Source: Spirochaetales bacterium (GTDB lineage Bacteria; Spirochaetota; JAAYUW01). Taken from it: a stretch of DNA of 64,000 bases. The notes under the pieces were generated by a model. It was not told the origin of the DNA and did not search any database. It saw nothing but the letters and a program-made list of their open reading frames with translations. The stretch lies in the NCBI GenBank assembly GCA_012797605.1, contig JAAZOT010000043.1:2296-66295 (forward strand). Reading direction: 5' to 3'. Positions 34,863-45,002 of this stretch are shown here, one piece after another (the first letter of the stretch is position 1; every line of letters begins with the position of its first letter). A program made the position numbers and the translations under genes.

Positions 34863-35885
34863 TTATTTATATACTGAATCAATTATCATTTTATTCTCAA
34901 TAATCTTTTCTTTTAGTTGATTTAAAAGCAATTGAATATCTTCCGAAATTAGATTTTTTGTATATTTCATCTCAGAAAGTGCTACTCCATTTTCTTTTAA
35001 GCCAATTCTAAAATTCTTATTGTCAAAACGATTGTTTATTATTTTGTCAATAATATAAATGATTCCAGTATCAAGATTCTTAATCATAGATGTTAGAATC
35101 TGTCCGGGGACAATGTAATCCTGATCGGTATCTACTCCTATTGCTAAAATATTCTTATCTTTAATAGCTTCATAAATTCCGATATTTGTTTTACCAGCTA
35201 CAGTATAGATTATATCGACATTAGAAGAATCTATAAGTTCAAGAGCTATCTTTTTACCAAGTTCTATATCTTGAAAAGGATCTATTTTTGAATATTGATC
35301 CATAAATTTTACTTCTATCTTTACATCTTTATCTATATATTTTATCCCCTGTTTATATCCAGCAAGAAAATCGTTTATTACAGGTATATTCATTCCACCA
35401 ATAAAACCTACTGTTTTTTTCTTAGTTATCTTTGCTGCTAAAACCCCAGCCAAAAAAGAGCCTTCATTTTGCTTAAAACTAACCGTTGCAACATTTGGTG
35501 GATATTCTGAAAGTTCAGTATCCATACAAATAAAATAGGTTTTTGGATATAGTGGAGCTAACTCTAAAATAGCCTTTTCTGCTAAGAAACCATTCCCACA
35601 AATTATTATATTAAATTGTTCATTAATTGCTTTTTGTATACCATCTTTTATTTTATCAAAAGTTTGAGTTAAAAATAATTTATGTTTGATATTATAAAGT
35701 TTAGATGCCTTTTGAACTCCATTGAATTGCATATCAGCAAAACCTTTATCCCCTATGCCACTAATAACAAAGGCTATTTTGTATTTACTATTTGATAAAT
35801 TATTCATTTTAGAGAAAAAATTGCTAAAAAGAATAAAAAAAACAAATAAAATAATTAAAGCTGATATTAAAAGTATCTTTTTCAT
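34863..35885 (-). CDS. BMP-family (PnrA/Med-like) periplasmic binding protein, membrane-anchored
   Basis: N-terminal hydrophobic anchor without Cys. Family pattern: ISGIGDKGFADMQFNG, FKQNEGSFLAGVLAA, GFIGGMNIPVINDFLAGYKQG, GVDTDQ. Confidence 0.75.
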   Translation of the reverse strand: MKKILLISALIILFVFFILFSNFFSKMNNLSNSKYKIAFVISGIGDKGFADMQFNGVQKASKLYNIKHKLFLTQTFDKIKDGIQKAINEQFNIIICGNGFLAEKAILELAPLYPKTYFICMDTELSEYPPNVATVSFKQNEGSFLAGVLAAKITKKKTVGFIGGMNIPVINDFLAGYKQGIKYIDKDVKIEVKFMDQYSKIDPFQDIELGKKIALELIDSSNVDIIYTVAGKTNIGIYEAIKDKNILAIGVDTDQDYIVPGQILTSMIKNLDTGIIYIIDKIINNRFDNKNFRIGLKENGVALSEMKYTKNLISEDIQLLLNQLKEKIIENKMIIDSVYK

Positions 35886-36962
35886 TTATTTTCCTTTATT
35901 AAATACTGAATCTACTAAAATTTCGTTATCTATTATCTTTTTTTGTAAAATAAATATTTCTTTTATTCTGTCTTCACCAATTATATCTTTAGTATATAGC
36001 ATTGGGCTTAATGCGACTCCATTTTCTTTTAAACCTAGGTAGTATGTCTTTGATTCAAACTTATTTTCTAAAACCTGTCCGATTATAAATACTATGGCTT
36101 GATCTAAGTTTTTCAATACAGAAGTAAGAATAACTTCAGGGACAATATAATCCTGATCAGTATCTACACCTATAGAGTATATGGAATATTCTTTGGCTGC
36201 ATTAAAAATTCCGAGATTAGAAGCAGCTGCGACAGCAAATATAATATCAACATCTTTTTTTAATATCATCTCTTTCGCTGTATTATAAGCAACTTCAGGG
36301 TTATCCCATACTTTTTCAAAATCCTTAATATAATCAGATAGATATTTTTTGTATACAATTAAATTATTATTATAATATTTTATTCCTTGAAGGAATCCAA
36401 TATAAAAGTCTTCGATAACATCAATCTCAACTCCTCCAATAAAACCTATTTTGTTTTTTTTTGTCATACTTGCCGCAAGATAACCTGCTAAAAAAGAAGC
36501 TTCATTCTGTTTAAAAAGAATAGAAGCGCTATTTGGATATAACCTGTCGACTTTGTTGTCTAAAATTACAAATTTTATAGCTGGATATTTTTGAGCAAAA
36601 ATATCTATAACTTTTTGTCCAATATATCCCTCACCCAAAATAATAAGTTTACATCCGTTATCAATTAGCGTCTGTGTATTATTAATGATATCCTGGAAAT
36701 TTTGAGGAGTAAAATATAAAAAATCTATTCCAAATAGCTTTTTTGCAAGAATTAAGCCATTATATTGCATATCATTAAAAGATTTATCTCCAAGTCCACC
36801 AAATCCAGTTATAAGTCCTACTTTAAATTTTTTTGTATCTACTTTGATTGTACTTGAATCCGCTTTATCATTAACTTTTATAATTTTCATTATATTTGAC
36901 CAAAAAAGCCCCAATAAAATTACAATTACAATAATAATTATTATAAAAATATAAAACTTCAT
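35886..36962 (-). CDS. BMP-family periplasmic binding protein, membrane-anchored (tandem paralogue)
   Basis: FGGLGDKSFNDMQYNG, FKQNEASFLAGYLAA, GFIGGVEIDVIEDFYIGFLQG and GVDTDQDY. There is no gap to the downstream paralogue. Confidence 0.75.
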   Translation of the reverse strand: MKFYIFIIIIIVIVILLGLFWSNIMKIIKVNDKADSSTIKVDTKKFKVGLITGFGGLGDKSFNDMQYNGLILAKKLFGIDFLYFTPQNFQDIINNTQTLIDNGCKLIILGEGYIGQKVIDIFAQKYPAIKFVILDNKVDRLYPNSASILFKQNEASFLAGYLAASMTKKNKIGFIGGVEIDVIEDFYIGFLQGIKYYNNNLIVYKKYLSDYIKDFEKVWDNPEVAYNTAKEMILKKDVDIIFAVAAASNLGIFNAAKEYSIYSIGVDTDQDYIVPEVILTSVLKNLDQAIVFIIGQVLENKFESKTYYLGLKENGVALSPMLYTKDIIGEDRIKEIFILQKKIIDNEILVDSVFNKGK

Positions 36963-37103
36963 AGAATTGCTCTTTGACAGATTTTCTGTGTCAAATTAAT
37001 TATAATTTATCATTACTTTAAAAGCAAAGAATACTATAGAATATCAAAGATTAATAATGAATTATTAAAAATAGACAAATAACTTTCAATTATCAATCAA
37101 AGG

Positions 37104-39074
37104 TTATTCATATATTTCATTTAGGAAAAAAGTATTACAGTAAAGTTGAAAAAGAGTATTGTATTCTTGTGTATAAGGGAAGTTTTTAAAATTACCAATA
37201 CAAAACAGATAATCTTTATAAATAGCTTTACAGTAATTAAAGATAGTATCGTTTATTATAACAGTACCATAAGGTAAAGCGTTTGAAATATCTTTCGCAA
37301 AATCAATAAAAATCTCTTTATTATTAGAAATGACAAAATCATCCTTATTTAATACAAAAAAATAATCAAATTGTATAGCTTTTTGAATGAGATTAAAACC
37401 TTTTTCAAGTCTTATTATAAAGTTCTTTACTGGTATCTGGCAAAGATCTAGAAGTTCAATTAGAATTTTAGTATTTTCACTTGTTTTTATAGGATCCCTT
37501 ACTATCAAACCATTTATATACTGTTTTGAAATAGAATCTACTGAAATCTGATTATTGTATAGAACTACTTTATTTTTACCAGTTAATTTTCCAAACCTAT
37601 TTGCGACTTCAGCTTTAGATATCAAAATATCTGAAAAAATTGAATCTTCTGGATATCTAGATAATCCCACTGTAACAGTAATTCTTTGGTTGTTTATTAT
37701 GTTTTCATTCACTATGTTTGTCCTAATTCTCTCTGCTATTATTAATGCCGCTTCTGGGGTAGTTTGAGGTATAAAAACAAGAAACTCTTCACCACCATAC
37801 CTGCCAACTATATCAACCTTTCTAATAGAATTTTTTATTATATATGCTACTTTTGAAAGTACCTTATCTCCAAAATCATGACTATAAATATCATTTATTG
37901 ATTTAAAATTATCTATATCAATAAATAAAAGAGATCCAGACTTTACCTTTGAAAGTGCGTTTTTAAGTTTATTCAAAAAATTATTTCTGACCAAGACTTT
38001 AGTAAGCGGATCATACATATTTTCCTGTGTAAGCAGATATTGATTATTTAAAAAAGATAAAATATTCTCTAAGAATGTTGCGAAATCTCCAGTTACTCCC
38101 CAATAAGGATTTATTAATAATTGACTTTCAAAAATTAAAAAATAGGAATATTCATCAAACTTATAAACACTCGATGATTCTTTTCTGGTAATCTGACCAA
38201 AATAATCAAGAATAGGAATAGCTAAAAATACATGCGGTTTTAATCTGTCATAAGAGATTGATTTTATTACAAAAGGGGAACTTTGAGTAAGAAAAATTTT
38301 AAAACATCTCTCATAATAATCTGATGAAAATTTGCTATATCCGTTTTTTTGAGCAATTTTCACTGCTTTAATAGAATAAGATTCATCCACTTTGTATATC
38401 GCACAATATGTACAGTAACCAAAATGAATGAGAAATTTTAATATATATGAGAATATCTGTTCAATATCTTCTTCTACTCTATCTTTGAATCTATCAAATA
38501 GTCTATTAATTATATCAAAAGAGATTGAGATATTTTCTGCTGATTTTTCAACAAAAGAAGAAAAAGATTTATCGTGTGAAAGGTAATAAATAAAAGAATT
38601 ATTTATACTTAAAAACCTTTTAATTAATGTAGAAGATTTGAAATTCTTTTTCCCTTTTTCATTAAGATTTGAATAAATTGATTTAGCACTTAACAATGCT
38701 TCCAACAAATATTCTTTCTCATTTGTTAGTATATATGCAACAAAATTGTCACAAAAACTATATAACAAATCTCCAGTATATCTTGAATAATTAACAATAT
38801 TGATAATTTCTTTATTAAGAGTATTGGTAGTTTCAATACATCCTTTTTTCTCAAAATAATTATATATGGTATAAAAGTCTTTAATATTGGCTTTATTTTT
38901 TAATTCATAACCTTCACCTAAAATTAAATCTTTTAAGGACTTTTTTAATTTCCTATTAAAAATAATACAACTATAAAGGTAGTTAATATCATGATCTATT
39001 ATTATACTTTCAATCTTATTTTTATCAATTGTGTATAGTTTTTTTTTCAATCTTTGAAAGAAGGTTATGATCAT
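37104..39074 (-). CDS. Diguanylate cyclase (GGDEF) with large unassigned N- and C-terminal regions
   Basis: YDPLTKVLVRNNF..LLFIDIDNFKSINDIYSHDFGD..IRKVDIVGRYGGEEFLVF. The active-site GGEEF has an RxxD I-site at canonical spacing. About 340 aa at the N-terminus and 150 aa at the C-terminus are unassigned. Confidence 0.85.
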   Translation of the reverse strand: MIITFFQRLKKKLYTIDKNKIESIIIDHDINYLYSCIIFNRKLKKSLKDLILGEGYELKNKANIKDFYTIYNYFEKKGCIETTNTLNKEIINIVNYSRYTGDLLYSFCDNFVAYILTNEKEYLLEALLSAKSIYSNLNEKGKKNFKSSTLIKRFLSINNSFIYYLSHDKSFSSFVEKSAENISISFDIINRLFDRFKDRVEEDIEQIFSYILKFLIHFGYCTYCAIYKVDESYSIKAVKIAQKNGYSKFSSDYYERCFKIFLTQSSPFVIKSISYDRLKPHVFLAIPILDYFGQITRKESSSVYKFDEYSYFLIFESQLLINPYWGVTGDFATFLENILSFLNNQYLLTQENMYDPLTKVLVRNNFLNKLKNALSKVKSGSLLFIDIDNFKSINDIYSHDFGDKVLSKVAYIIKNSIRKVDIVGRYGGEEFLVFIPQTTPEAALIIAERIRTNIVNENIINNQRITVTVGLSRYPEDSIFSDILISKAEVANRFGKLTGKNKVVLYNNQISVDSISKQYINGLIVRDPIKTSENTKILIELLDLCQIPVKNFIIRLEKGFNLIQKAIQFDYFFVLNKDDFVISNNKEIFIDFAKDISNALPYGTVIINDTIFNYCKAIYKDYLFCIGNFKNFPYTQEYNTLFQLYCNTFFLNEIYE

Positions 39075-41925
39075 CTAAATATAAAAATGTATCAAATACT
39101 AATGAATAATATAAAGAAATATATTCACTATAAAGTTTATTTTCTAACAAGCTCTCCATTAGAGAAAGCAATTTATATAATTCATCAATTTTGCTAGTTC
39201 TTAAAAGATATAGACCTTTATATGCAAGAAATTCGAAATATAATGGATATTTTTCAATCGAAATTTTTGATTTCTCGATCTTTAAGATATATTTTTTTAC
39301 ATTTTGCAATTCCCACTTTTCAATAGAAAAAGAGATAAGCTTTACCATTACAAAAAAATACTGTTCGTCTTCAATAGCATTTTTTAAGAACGCTTCATTT
39401 ACCATCTTTTCAAGTTTGGCAATATAATTTAAGGCTTCTGGATGATTTCTATGCTTCCCCTTGTAATCAATTATCAAATTTGAGTAACTAATAAGAAGAG
39501 TAGGATAAATCTTAAATTGTTCATTATAATAAATCGATTCTTTAGTAAATTGAATTGCTTTTTCACGACTTTCTTCATCTTCCAAAGAAGAATAATATAC
39601 GGCTATGTTATGAGCTGCCTTTAAGTAAAATACCCAGTTTTCCTCTTCTTTTGAATCATTGTATATTATATTCATCAACCTATAGTAATATTCCAAACCT
39701 TTTGATTGTTCTTGATTGCTATTTTTTTCAAGTGCAGAAAGTCCATAAAGATAAAAAAGATATTCTATGTTATCTAATTTATCTAAATTATTAATTAGAA
39801 ATTTATGGATTTCTCTACTTTCAGAAATCCATCCAAGTAAATTTGAATAGGTGTAAAATAAAATTAATATTATAAATGAATCATCTAAAAATTTTTCAGC
39901 AGCTTTTGCTTTTTCCTCTACTTCTGTAATATTATACGAAATCGCAGCAATTGAAATAGAAATTGCTAATTCATAAATCTCTTTTTGCTTTTTAGCCTTT
40001 GTATCACAGCTTTTTAACTTTTTTATTTTGCTGTATAATTTATCTAGTTTCTTTAAATCTAAAGTTGCAAGAGAGTAATAAAAATAGATTTTAAATGCCT
40101 TGCAGTAATCTTCTTTGTTTTCATTTGGATTTATATTTAATATGAGGTCATAAATTTCTCCATAGTTTGCATAGTAAGTAAAAATAGGGTAATTTTTGAA
40201 AAATAATATGACCTCATTTGGTAACTTTTTGGATTTTATAGATTTTAAATTTTTTATATAATTCTTTCTATCATCAATGGTATTTGCCCAATTTTCATAT
40301 AGATAATTTTGAAAATCAATATAAAAACTTTTATCCTCTTCCTTTAATTTTTCTTCTAAGATTTCTTTTATTATCTTCTCAGATAAACCGAGTGAATCAA
40401 TATTTTTATAGTACCTTAATATTTTTTTTGTAATAAGATTCAAGTATACGGTCTTTCTAATTTTAACAAATTTAATTTCACTTAAAAGTTTAAATGAGAC
40501 TGGTTTGTCATAAGTAAGAAAAATTATACAAGCCTTTTTTTCATCTTCACTCAATGTATTAATTTTATAACTTTCTATTATATAATTTAAAAAATTTTTC
40601 TTTAATTTATCTGATTCTTTATTTGATAGCAGAATTTTATCATCGTCAGTCCTTGAAAAAAAGTTTTTATTTGCTTTAACAAAATTCAAAAACCTAAACA
40701 ATGTAGAAATTGAAAATGAAAAACCAAGTTTTGAAAAATCAAAATTGTACCAGTTAAATGCAATACTTAAAACGGATTGAATCTTTTCTTCATCGATGTA
40801 AATATTGTGAAAAAGCCACTGTGAATCACTTTCATTTTCAGATATTTCAAATCTAATCAAATATACCTGATTTTTTAACTTCCTACTTAAGTCTACTAAA
40901 ATCTTTCTGTCTTGAGAAGGAAAATGAAGATAATCATCAAAAATAATATATAAAGGTTCAAGAAATAAAGTATTTTTTAAGTAAATTTCAGCATCGTTTT
41001 TATTTGAAATCTTTTGCCCAGATTTAAAAGAAAGGAAGTTGTAAAAATCTTCAATTCCATTCAAATATAAGGCATTTTGCAATTTAACTTTCATAAAGGC
41101 ATAAAAATTGTCCTTTAGTGAAGAGATAGATTGCTCATCCTCCCATAAGATAATATTGTTATAGGACAGTTTCTCTTTAATTTTTTCAAAATAATCATAA
41201 AGATTAAATAGGGATGTCGAAACTACTCTTTCGCTTTCAAAAAAATAAAGATGCTGATTCTCACCTTCAATCTTTTCTGAAAGCCATTTTTTCATCTTGT
41301 TATATTCAAATTGATTTTCCAAAGAAAAGTAATAAAAGTCCTCTAATATCTGAGGAATCTCTTTTTTGATTTCTAAAACTGAATTTCTAATAAGATCAAA
41401 AAGTTGCTTAAAATCTTCGAAATACTGGTATTTACTTATCCTTGCGGGGAAAATATCGAGAAGTGTTGGTTTACCATTTTCATTAACAAGTATATTTTGT
41501 TTTTGGATATCATTATGGCTGATTTCAAATTGATGTAAGAAGTTTATAGCGTAAAGTAATTTAGATAATAAATATAAAATATCTTTGGGTTTTTCAATAT
41601 TTTCTTTAATATATATATCTATTGACTTTGAATCGGATATATATGGCATAGTATAAAACCATATATCTCTTTCAAAAGGGTTATTATCTATATTGTATAT
41701 TTTTTCAAGTTCAATTGGTTTTATAATAAAAGGGTTATGTATAGATTTTAAAGTATAAAACTGTTGGATAAGCTGTGAAACTACTTTTCTAGATGAGGCA
41801 TTAATATCGGAAATCTTTAAAGCCAAATGCCTTTTAAGCTTTCTATCAAAAGTTAAATATGTTAAACCATAATTTCCACTACCTAAAAATCTGACTATTT
41901 CATATCTTAAATTGATAAGATTCAT
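39025..41925 (-). CDS. Protein-kinase-like N-terminal domain fused to ~780 aa of helical-repeat sequence
   Basis: Gly-loop LGSGNYGLTY, the Lys in HLALKISD, the catalytic-loop-like ISHNDIQKQNILV, and LLDIFPAR in place of DFG. No APE or activation-segment motifs and no P-loop. The remainder is repetitive, Y/L/K/E-rich and predicted helical (TPR-like). Confidence 0.55.
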   Translation of the reverse strand: MNLINLRYEIVRFLGSGNYGLTYLTFDRKLKRHLALKISDINASSRKVVSQLIQQFYTLKSIHNPFIIKPIELEKIYNIDNNPFERDIWFYTMPYISDSKSIDIYIKENIEKPKDILYLLSKLLYAINFLHQFEISHNDIQKQNILVNENGKPTLLDIFPARISKYQYFEDFKQLFDLIRNSVLEIKKEIPQILEDFYYFSLENQFEYNKMKKWLSEKIEGENQHLYFFESERVVSTSLFNLYDYFEKIKEKLSYNNIILWEDEQSISSLKDNFYAFMKVKLQNALYLNGIEDFYNFLSFKSGQKISNKNDAEIYLKNTLFLEPLYIIFDDYLHFPSQDRKILVDLSRKLKNQVYLIRFEISENESDSQWLFHNIYIDEEKIQSVLSIAFNWYNFDFSKLGFSFSISTLFRFLNFVKANKNFFSRTDDDKILLSNKESDKLKKNFLNYIIESYKINTLSEDEKKACIIFLTYDKPVSFKLLSEIKFVKIRKTVYLNLITKKILRYYKNIDSLGLSEKIIKEILEEKLKEEDKSFYIDFQNYLYENWANTIDDRKNYIKNLKSIKSKKLPNEVILFFKNYPIFTYYANYGEIYDLILNINPNENKEDYCKAFKIYFYYSLATLDLKKLDKLYSKIKKLKSCDTKAKKQKEIYELAISISIAAISYNITEVEEKAKAAEKFLDDSFIILILFYTYSNLLGWISESREIHKFLINNLDKLDNIEYLFYLYGLSALEKNSNQEQSKGLEYYYRLMNIIYNDSKEEENWVFYLKAAHNIAVYYSSLEDEESREKAIQFTKESIYYNEQFKIYPTLLISYSNLIIDYKGKHRNHPEALNYIAKLEKMVNEAFLKNAIEDEQYFFVMVKLISFSIEKWELQNVKKYILKIEKSKISIEKYPLYFEFLAYKGLYLLRTSKIDELYKLLSLMESLLENKLYSEYISLYYSLVFDTFLYLDDHNLLSKIEKKTIHN

Positions 41926-42064
41926 TAAAAATTCCTGAAAACTAACGATAACTTTTTATAAAATATACCAATATTTAATTTCAATATTATTTTAATTTCA
42001 ATATTATTAAAACTATTTTTATACTAATTTCAAATAAAAAATCCCCTATAAAAATTAACCTATT

Positions 42065-44065
42065 TTATTCATTCAATGAAAGAAGTGCTTCGGAAACTTT
42101 TGAAAGAGTATGAGCTATCTGTACTAGTTCTTCTGAAATTTGAACGGCTGATTCAGAGATAGAAGAAATCTCTGCCAAAGTATTTACTACCTCATCAGAA
42201 CCTTTAGCTTGCTCACGAGTCGCAGAAGTAATTCTATAAAAAGTCTCAGAAAACACCTGGATCTGATTTCGAATGGCATTGAATATTTCGCCTGCATTTT
42301 TACTTTTTTCATATGTTATGAAAATCTTTTCATTTGCCATTTCTATGGTCCCTTCTATTTCTTTGGCTGCATCAAGTGATCTTTCAGAAAGCTTTTTTAT
42401 TTCTTTTGCTACAATAGTAAATCCTTTACCAAGTTCACCGGCATGAGCAGCCTCTATTGAGGCATTTAATGCAAGTAAAGAAGTTTGATCAGTGATATCA
42501 TGAATCATAGTAGTAAAGTTTTTTATTGTGCTTGTTATCGAGACTAACTGCTCTGAAGCCTCTATATTTTCCTCCATCGATTTGGTTCCAAACTCTACTT
42601 TTTCTACAATTTGCTCTACCTCTTTCGCTGTTTGATCTGCATTTTGTGCTATAGAATTTATTGAAGCCGAAAGCTCCTCCAAAGTTGAAGATATTTCTTC
42701 TACAGAAACCGCAAGTTCCTTAGATTTACTTGAAAGTTTCTCAGAATGTTCCAACACAGATTTTTCTACTTGTGTAAGTGCAAGTAGATTTTCTCCAGTT
42801 TTTTCTTTTACTTTTCTTGCGAAAGATCCTTTTTCCTCTCTTAAAGCTTCGGCTAAAGCATTAAGTTCTTTTTCTATATCTACTTGATTGGATGCAGAAC
42901 TAAAAAGTATAGTAGCCACAAAAACAACCATACCGATTGAAGAAGTCCAGAATTTTGGTTGAAGACCAGCTGCAGCTATGACAATATCCCTTAAAGCGAA
43001 GGATATGACAGATAATAACCCTAAAGATAATATCATACTGTACTTTTTCTTTTTTATTATAGCATATATCCCGACATAAAGCATATATAGAAAACTTAAA
43101 CCTAAAATACTGGATTGTAAAAAACTATCATTAACAATTTCAGTTCTTGCAAGATCTTTTAAAGAAAAAAGATATATTACACCAGCAATAAAAACTATTA
43201 AAATTAGATATCTAAGATTTTTTTTATCATGAATTTTGAAAAAGTTTTGAAAGTAGAAAATCAAAAGACAAACTGCAAGATAAGAAGAAGCAAAACAAAA
43301 TTTGATAAAAGTCATATATGAAAAAGGAGCAATATCTATATAAAGTTGACTATAATAGATCATCATTAAAAAAGAGGAAAGAGATACAAAGATATTAAAT
43401 TTTTTCTCTTTACTTCTAAGGTAAAGTATTAAATAATAAATGCAAAGTATTAAACTAACCACAGAGGCTGATGCAGGAATCATCGAGCCTATAAAGTAGT
43501 AAATAAAATTGCTTTTTTGAGCATCAGTTGCTTTCATTACTTCTATTGCATTGATTGAACCCCTTGCTCTTTCACAATAGAACTGTATAGCTATAACATT
43601 TTCATCATCAAAACTCATTAAGGAAGAAGGAATCACGAAATATTTGGAGATATTTGGATTTGCAAAAAACTTATCTGGTGGCATCAAGCCATGGCTACCT
43701 ATTAAAGAACCATTAAAATATATCCTTGCAGCATTAGGGATTTTACCAAAGAAAATTGCTAAATCTTTACCTTTTAATTTTTCTGGTATATTAAATTTTG
43801 CTCTAAACCAAACCCATCTACTTTTATTTAAATCAAAATTAAATCCACCATATGGAAGTTTAATATTCTCCCATCCAGTTGGTTCGTAATCTAAAAGAGA
43901 AAATTCAGTCCTTGATCCATCGGTGTCCTCATATGTATAAATCCAACCATCAGTAATAATTAATGTTTCTTTTCCTTTTGCGATTATTACATTATTTTCA
44001 ATAACAAATATAGTCAAAATTAGAAAAATTATTAAAATCAAAAGGTAGTTTTTTCTCATTTCCAC
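42065..44065 (-). CDS. Methyl-accepting chemotaxis protein with 7TMR-DISM-type sensor
   Basis: N-terminal extracytoplasmic beta-sandwich-like region (..[38 protein letters not shown]), about 7 hydrophobic helices, then the conserved MCP hairpin [40 protein letters not shown]. Confidence 0.8.
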   Translation of the reverse strand: MEMRKNYLLILIIFLILTIFVIENNVIIAKGKETLIITDGWIYTYEDTDGSRTEFSLLDYEPTGWENIKLPYGGFNFDLNKSRWVWFRAKFNIPEKLKGKDLAIFFGKIPNAARIYFNGSLIGSHGLMPPDKFFANPNISKYFVIPSSLMSFDDENVIAIQFYCERARGSINAIEVMKATDAQKSNFIYYFIGSMIPASASVVSLILCIYYLILYLRSKEKKFNIFVSLSSFLMMIYYSQLYIDIAPFSYMTFIKFCFASSYLAVCLLIFYFQNFFKIHDKKNLRYLILIVFIAGVIYLFSLKDLARTEIVNDSFLQSSILGLSFLYMLYVGIYAIIKKKKYSMILSLGLLSVISFALRDIVIAAAGLQPKFWTSSIGMVVFVATILFSSASNQVDIEKELNALAEALREEKGSFARKVKEKTGENLLALTQVEKSVLEHSEKLSSKSKELAVSVEEISSTLEELSASINSIAQNADQTAKEVEQIVEKVEFGTKSMEENIEASEQLVSITSTIKNFTTMIHDITDQTSLLALNASIEAAHAGELGKGFTIVAKEIKKLSERSLDAAKEIEGTIEMANEKIFITYEKSKNAGEIFNAIRNQIQVFSETFYRITSATREQAKGSDEVVNTLAEISSISESAVQISEELVQIAHTLSKVSEALLSLNE

Positions 44066-44146
44066 CTCAGTTGTTATCTATACTCATTTGTCTTATTTAT
44101 CCATTTTCATAATTAAATTATAGAAATTTTAATATAGTTACATATA

Positions 44147-44872
44147 CTAATTTTTAATAATTTGTCTTTCCATTTCATCTTGTTGAATCTTATTTGAATA
44201 TCCTATAAGTTCATTATAAAGCAATTCGAAGTCATCTTTTAAATGTTCTTTGGCAACATTTATTAATTTCTTGGAGTATGTATCCTCAAGATAGATATTT
44301 TTTCTATTAATTTTCATACTTAGCCTTTTTAGTAGTTCTAATAAATTATCGTCATTGAGATATGTTTTATAAAATGTAGCAGTAGATATATAGCTCCTAA
44401 GTTTATTAAAAACAACCTGATCAACTTCGAAAAAGCTTTTTATCTTTGGTAATACTAAATCTAATTTATCATCTTTATAAGTATTTATTAATGATTTTGC
44501 ATAGTTTTTATCGATAGTATCTATATAAATATCAAAAAGAATCTCAATAAATTGATGAATTGGAAAATAGTTTTTTTCAACAATTTCAGATGTCTTTTTC
44601 ATAAGATAAAAAAATGATTTACTATTATGAAACCATTTATCAAGTAAAAGATGAATCTTCATTCCTAAAAAAAGGTCAGTAATATCTAAATTTTCTTTAT
44701 TATTATTCAATAAAATATCCTCTTTAAATTCCTTTAATTTTTGATCTACTAAATTTTCCGTTACTTTGCATTTATTATTTTGCAATGCAAGTATATCTGG
44801 AAATGTAAGACCTAAGTTGTAATAATAATTTCCTGGATAAATCGATACTATATGATGAGCAAGAAAGTTCAA
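44147..44872 (-). CDS. Acyl carrier protein phosphodiesterase (AcpH)-like protein
   Basis: The N-terminal MNFLAHH and the later GMKIHLLLDKWFH resemble E. coli AcpH (MNFLAHLHLA.., GIHMHRRID). Similarity elsewhere is not assessable by eye. Confidence 0.4.
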   Translation of the reverse strand: MNFLAHHIVSIYPGNYYYNLGLTFPDILALQNNKCKVTENLVDQKLKEFKEDILLNNNKENLDITDLFLGMKIHLLLDKWFHNSKSFFYLMKKTSEIVEKNYFPIHQFIEILFDIYIDTIDKNYAKSLINTYKDDKLDLVLPKIKSFFEVDQVVFNKLRSYISTATFYKTYLNDDNLLELLKRLSMKINRKNIYLEDTYSKKLINVAKEHLKDDFELLYNELIGYSNKIQQDEMERQIIKN

Positions 44873-45002
44873 TCTTAAATCCTTTTTAATTTGACAAAAG
44901 TATTATTCCCATCTATTTATATATTAGAAATTAAGTAGGTCAAATCGTAAAACTCTTAATAAATATTTTTTGGAAAAATTACCTTAAAAAGGAGAAATAC
45001 AA

